Assembly (NCBI GenBank): GCA_903813345.2
Contig: CAIIXF020000001.1
Coordinates: 3,286,001-3,350,000 of the forward strand
Source of the DNA: Owenia fusiformis
Taxonomy: Eukaryota
Direction of reading: 5' to 3'
Length of the DNA stretch: 64,000 nucleotides
Part shown: piece after piece, positions 63,611 through 64,000 of the stretch
Layout: each line of letters starts with the position of its first letter
How positions within the stretch are numbered: the first letter of the stretch is position 1
Program-made: the position numbers and the translations under genes
The notes under the pieces: model-generated
What the model saw: the letters and a program-made list of their open reading frames with translations, nothing else
What the model was told of the DNA's origin: nothing
Databases searched by the model: none

Positions 63611-64000
63611 CTACAATATCATTAAGATTAAGTACATCATGATGTATAAGAATTCATACAGGAACAGTCTACCATTTATCAAGTCTCTTTGAATGGGATC
63701 ATGAACACATACATGTATTATTTAATTTATTTACAGAATTAACTTTATACAGAAAGAAATCTAATTATGGTTAAAGAGGTAAAATTGATACAATTAGTAT
63801 AATAAGAACTTCATATAAAAGTTTTAACAGTAGATAGTCTTGCATAAAGCCTTTGTTATACCCCCCCCCGCCCCCCTACATATTTTGAGGTGGCAGGTAA
63901 ATGGGGTGGTACAAAGACTTGATGCAAGGGTAATCTTTACAATTACCAAATTAGCAAAATATCACAATATTCAATTTTTAGGATTTGTAATTAGTGATTT

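Overview
AT-rich genomic DNA from an intron-containing animal genome (looks like a marine invertebrate; the taxon cannot be fixed from sequence alone). Six protein-coding genes are present: a 5'-truncated intronless inducible-type Hsp70 (+); a two-exon BAG3/starvin-like co-chaperone (-), head-to-head with TMEM60 (+) across a short promoter rich in heat-shock elements; a BTB + AT-hook + C2H2 zinc-finger gene (-); NMD3 (+, 14 coding exons); and a 5'-truncated 6-phosphofructokinase (-). Many MITEs, LINE fragments, a tRNA-derived SINE and Helentron/HINE-like repeats are interspersed. The most striking structure is combinatorial isoform generation by duplicated exons. (1) The BTB-ZF gene's last constant exon stops mid-finger and can splice to any of three paralogous terminal exons, each completing that finger and adding four different fingers (lola/broad/fruitless-like logic). 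The acceptors of the two distal exons sit inside predicted RNA hairpins, and one hairpin pairs the acceptor with an AATAAA in the preceding exon's 3' UTR. (2) PFK carries three clusters of apparently mutually exclusive exons (2x3x2) at allosterically relevant positions. A 2.1-kb element with CACGGTG termini and a 5-bp TSD (Transib/RAG-like hallmarks) sits just upstream of one PFK alternative exon. All exon models were read by eye from GT-AG sites and frame continuity; no transcript evidence was available.
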